NCBI GenBank assembly: GCA_001179505.1 | Contig: CDMY01000377.1 | Span: forward strand, 30,800 to 94,799 | Reading direction: 5' to 3' | Source of the DNA: Vitrella brassicaformis CCMP3155 | Lineage: Eukaryota; Protista; Chromerida | Length of the DNA stretch: 64,000 nt | Shown: in pieces, positions 61,733 through 64,000 of the stretch | How positions within the stretch are numbered: the first letter of the stretch is position 1 | Layout of the letters: each line of letters starts with the position of its first letter | Made by a program: the position numbers and the translations under genes | The notes under the pieces: model-generated | What the model saw: only the letters and a program-made list of their open reading frames with translations | Told to the model about the DNA's origin: nothing | Database searches by the model: none

Positions 61733-62043
61733 TCTTTGGAGTAGCGAGGACGATCCATCTGCGAGCTTGGCTTGCAGAGTCTTCCCTTTTTTCAAGGCGT
61801 TTGGCTGACAGCAGGGCGGCTTGGGGTGTCTGGGAGATGCCCAAAGACCTTCTGAGATGATATCGATCCATTCAGATGTCACCATCTGCTCTCTGTGGCC
61901 GACGCTGATCTGACGAATTGAGGTGCGAGGAGCCAGCAGGAGGGGCGCGAGGCAACCAACGATGACAGTGCGTGTGGTTGCTTTGTGGTTGTGGCAGCTC
62001 TGCAGTCAATCAAACAGTGAGTGGTCTCCGTCCGAGTCTACAG

Positions 62044-63533
62044 ATGTGGACTGCTGCTCGTGACGGCCCTCTCACATCAAGCAAAGCATCATCCGCTGCC
62101 TCAGCTGCTTCCGGTAAGGGTGACGCTGCAACAGGGAGACTCACGCAGACACATAGGCTTGTGCGTGTGTGTATCGTGCTTCAGGTGCCAGCAACGCGTC
62201 GTGTGCGAACCAACAGCAGCAGCAGCATGATCGCCTTCTCAGTGCCTCTGACGTGCCTGAGGAGGCAGCGGTCATCATCGCCGAGTACGTTAGGAGCTAT
62301 TCGCAGCTGGCGGCCCTCATCGACGCCCACCCCACCCTCCGCACCTCCGCCCTCCTGCTGCCCATTCTTATCCGACTGCTGCCCGCCGTGGTGGAGGGCA
62401 GCTTCGGTGCTCTGGTGGAGATGCCCATCCCTCAGCTGGCCCTGGACATGGCTGCTGCCACGGTGGCCCCCAGTCATCGCAACGCCCTCAGCCGATTTCT
62501 CCTGCCCATCCTTCTGCGTGTATTGGGCGTGCTGCTGCCCATTGCCGGCCTCGGCTCATTCCTGATGTGGGTCATCCCCCGGCTGCCGCTACCTGCAGCA
62601 CTCAGCCACGGCTGCCGCATGGCAGTCGCCATCGAGCAGCTGACACGCCGGCTGAAGATGCTGGAGCGTGGCGGCGATTGGGCGAGGTGGCGGCCCCATT
62701 TGGAGATGCTCTATCACATACGCGGCAAGCGGCCAGTGGTGCTGGGCGATGGGCATTTCGAGGTGTTCGGCAGCCAGACGGGCCGGGGCTTCATCGGCGA
62801 GACCGAGGCGGTCCGGCAATGGAAGATACTCAGCCGGGGCCTGACTGTCCACTATGAAGGCCAGTAAAGACAGCTGATGGACGGCGACAAGCTTCTTGAC
62901 TTGGGCTACTGTCTCCCCGCCCTCCTCGCCGCACCCAGCCCCCTTTTCCCTCACGACACATTCAACGCCGCCGACCCGCCCACAGAGCTGGGTTGCTGGA
63001 CGTACCGCACTTACGTGGGCAGCGTGCACGCCAACTACACGTCAATGGCGGCATTCGTCCTCTTCCACTGGCTTTACGAAACGTATCCAATCGACTTAAA
63101 GTATGCTAGATTCTGGTCGTCTCACGATCGTGATTCTGCTGCGTTCCGGCGAATGACTGATCTGATGGCGGCCCCTCCCAGCGATGCGGCACAGTGGGGG
63201 CCGGGGGTGGCGGTGTTCGACAGCAAAAGGCCGCCCCTCGGAAGAAAGTGGCCACCCCTCGGAAGGGTACAGCATAATCGGCTGGTGGTGCTGGGGAGTG
63301 AGGCGATGGGCGATGGGCTCATGGCACTCGTCCGGCTGACGGATTCGGGGCGTCACTCAGTGGATGTGGATATCTTCACGAACGAGCCAGCGGTCGTAGA
63401 CGACCAGGGTGGCTGTGTTTCCATCTGGACCGACTCCCCCCGTATACCCTATACCAGCACGCGCAGGGCCGTGATGAGTGTGTTGGGGGATCACTTGGGG
63501 GGCAAGGTGTGGCGGAAGGAGCAGGAGAGGTGA
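62044..63533 (+). pseudogene. Family B copy with a single in-frame TAA
   Basis: MWTAARDG start and a short intron (~62114-62183). HYEGQ*RQLM has TAA at 62865-62867 where the 35-kb paralog reads HHRGQQRQLM. Ends LGDHLGGKVWRKEQER*. Confidence 0.85.
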
Positions 63534-64000
63534 ATTGGGGGCAGGACAGATGGGGTGGATGATGGTGGGTGGGTGTCTGTGTGTCGATTGTCGTTTTAGT
63601 ACAGGATACAGGAGGGGGACAGACAGACAGACAGACAACAGGTTTCCCTCTGTCTGCCTGCTGGCTGAGTGTGTGGCGCCTTGATATGCGTCCCATTAAC
63701 TGCACGTTGCGAATGGGCTGTATGGAGTGTGTGAACTAACGCTGTGCGTGGTGACGCACGGCATAACTTGTGTCCGTGCGGATGTGATGTGCAGACCTTC
63801 TTCTATGAACACTGTTTCATGTGGAGGCTGTGTGACTGTTTCGTGGAGGCTCATGCTTGTATGGCTGGTGAAACGAAGCGACTTGTGTCAAGCCATTAAG
63901 TCATTGACAAAAGCGATGCCACATACAGTCACTGAGTCTGACAAAAAAGCAATCGCGACCTTCACCCATTCATTCTCAGTCACGTCAGCCATTTAAAGGC

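Larger units (their letters stand above)
53281..64000 (-). repeat. Inverted segmental duplicate of ~34014-37505, expanded by the transposon
   Basis: 63727-64000 is the reverse complement of 34014-34300. 61850-63700 matches 34300-36185, and 53.9-54.5 kb matches 36.3-36.85 kb, all in reverse orientation. Confidence 0.85.

Noticed and set aside
54530-61740. Target-site duplication, long TIRs, or a tRNA/snRNA target at the transposon ends
   Set aside because: No direct repeat flanks either candidate end, the inverted match is only 9 bp, and no cloverleaf or snRNA-like sequence was recognisable by eye.
53956-62867. Stop-codon reassignment or programmed readthrough explaining the in-frame TGA and TAA
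   Set aside because: TGA and TAA end normal genes in this window, and intact paralogs have sense codons at these positions. Nonsense mutation is simpler.
1-64000. CRISPR arrays, rRNA or tRNA genes, LTR/RT/integrase or Helitron genes
   Set aside because: No regularly spaced repeats, RNA-gene signatures or corresponding protein motifs were seen. The repeats are paralogous genes and simple microsatellites.

Overview
This window is eukaryotic, GC-rich DNA with many short GT-AG introns full of (GT)n, (GACA)n and (GGAT)n microsatellites, plus six 300-N placeholder gaps. Those features and an AP2-type gene suggest a chromerid alveolate such as Vitrella brassicaformis (inference, not verified). The ordinary genes are a triple AP2-like/SAM-like gene, an RluA/RPUSD2-type pseudouridine synthase, several membrane or low-complexity hypotheticals, and a four-repeat putatively myristoylated protein. 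The dominant accessory structure is an expanded two-gene system, here called family A and family B. Both are nearly intron-free, appear to be distant paralogs, often carry F-box-like N-termini and show hypervariable patches. They recur as head-to-head B<-spacer->A cassettes with a conserved spacer core, in two oppositely oriented arrays (29.8-37.5 kb and 49.5-64 kb), with solitary decayed copies elsewhere. One cassette is split at its spacer by a ~7.2-kb element encoding an apparently intact 14-exon DDE transposase (DUF6729/Dada-like), and both partners of that cassette carry a single in-frame stop. The uninterrupted paralogous cassette lies in the same window. Between the arrays is a RECQL4/Hrq1-like gene with intact splicing frames but destroyed helicase motifs and no visible N-terminal RecA domain. 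All domain calls are by-eye motif recognition; no searches were run.
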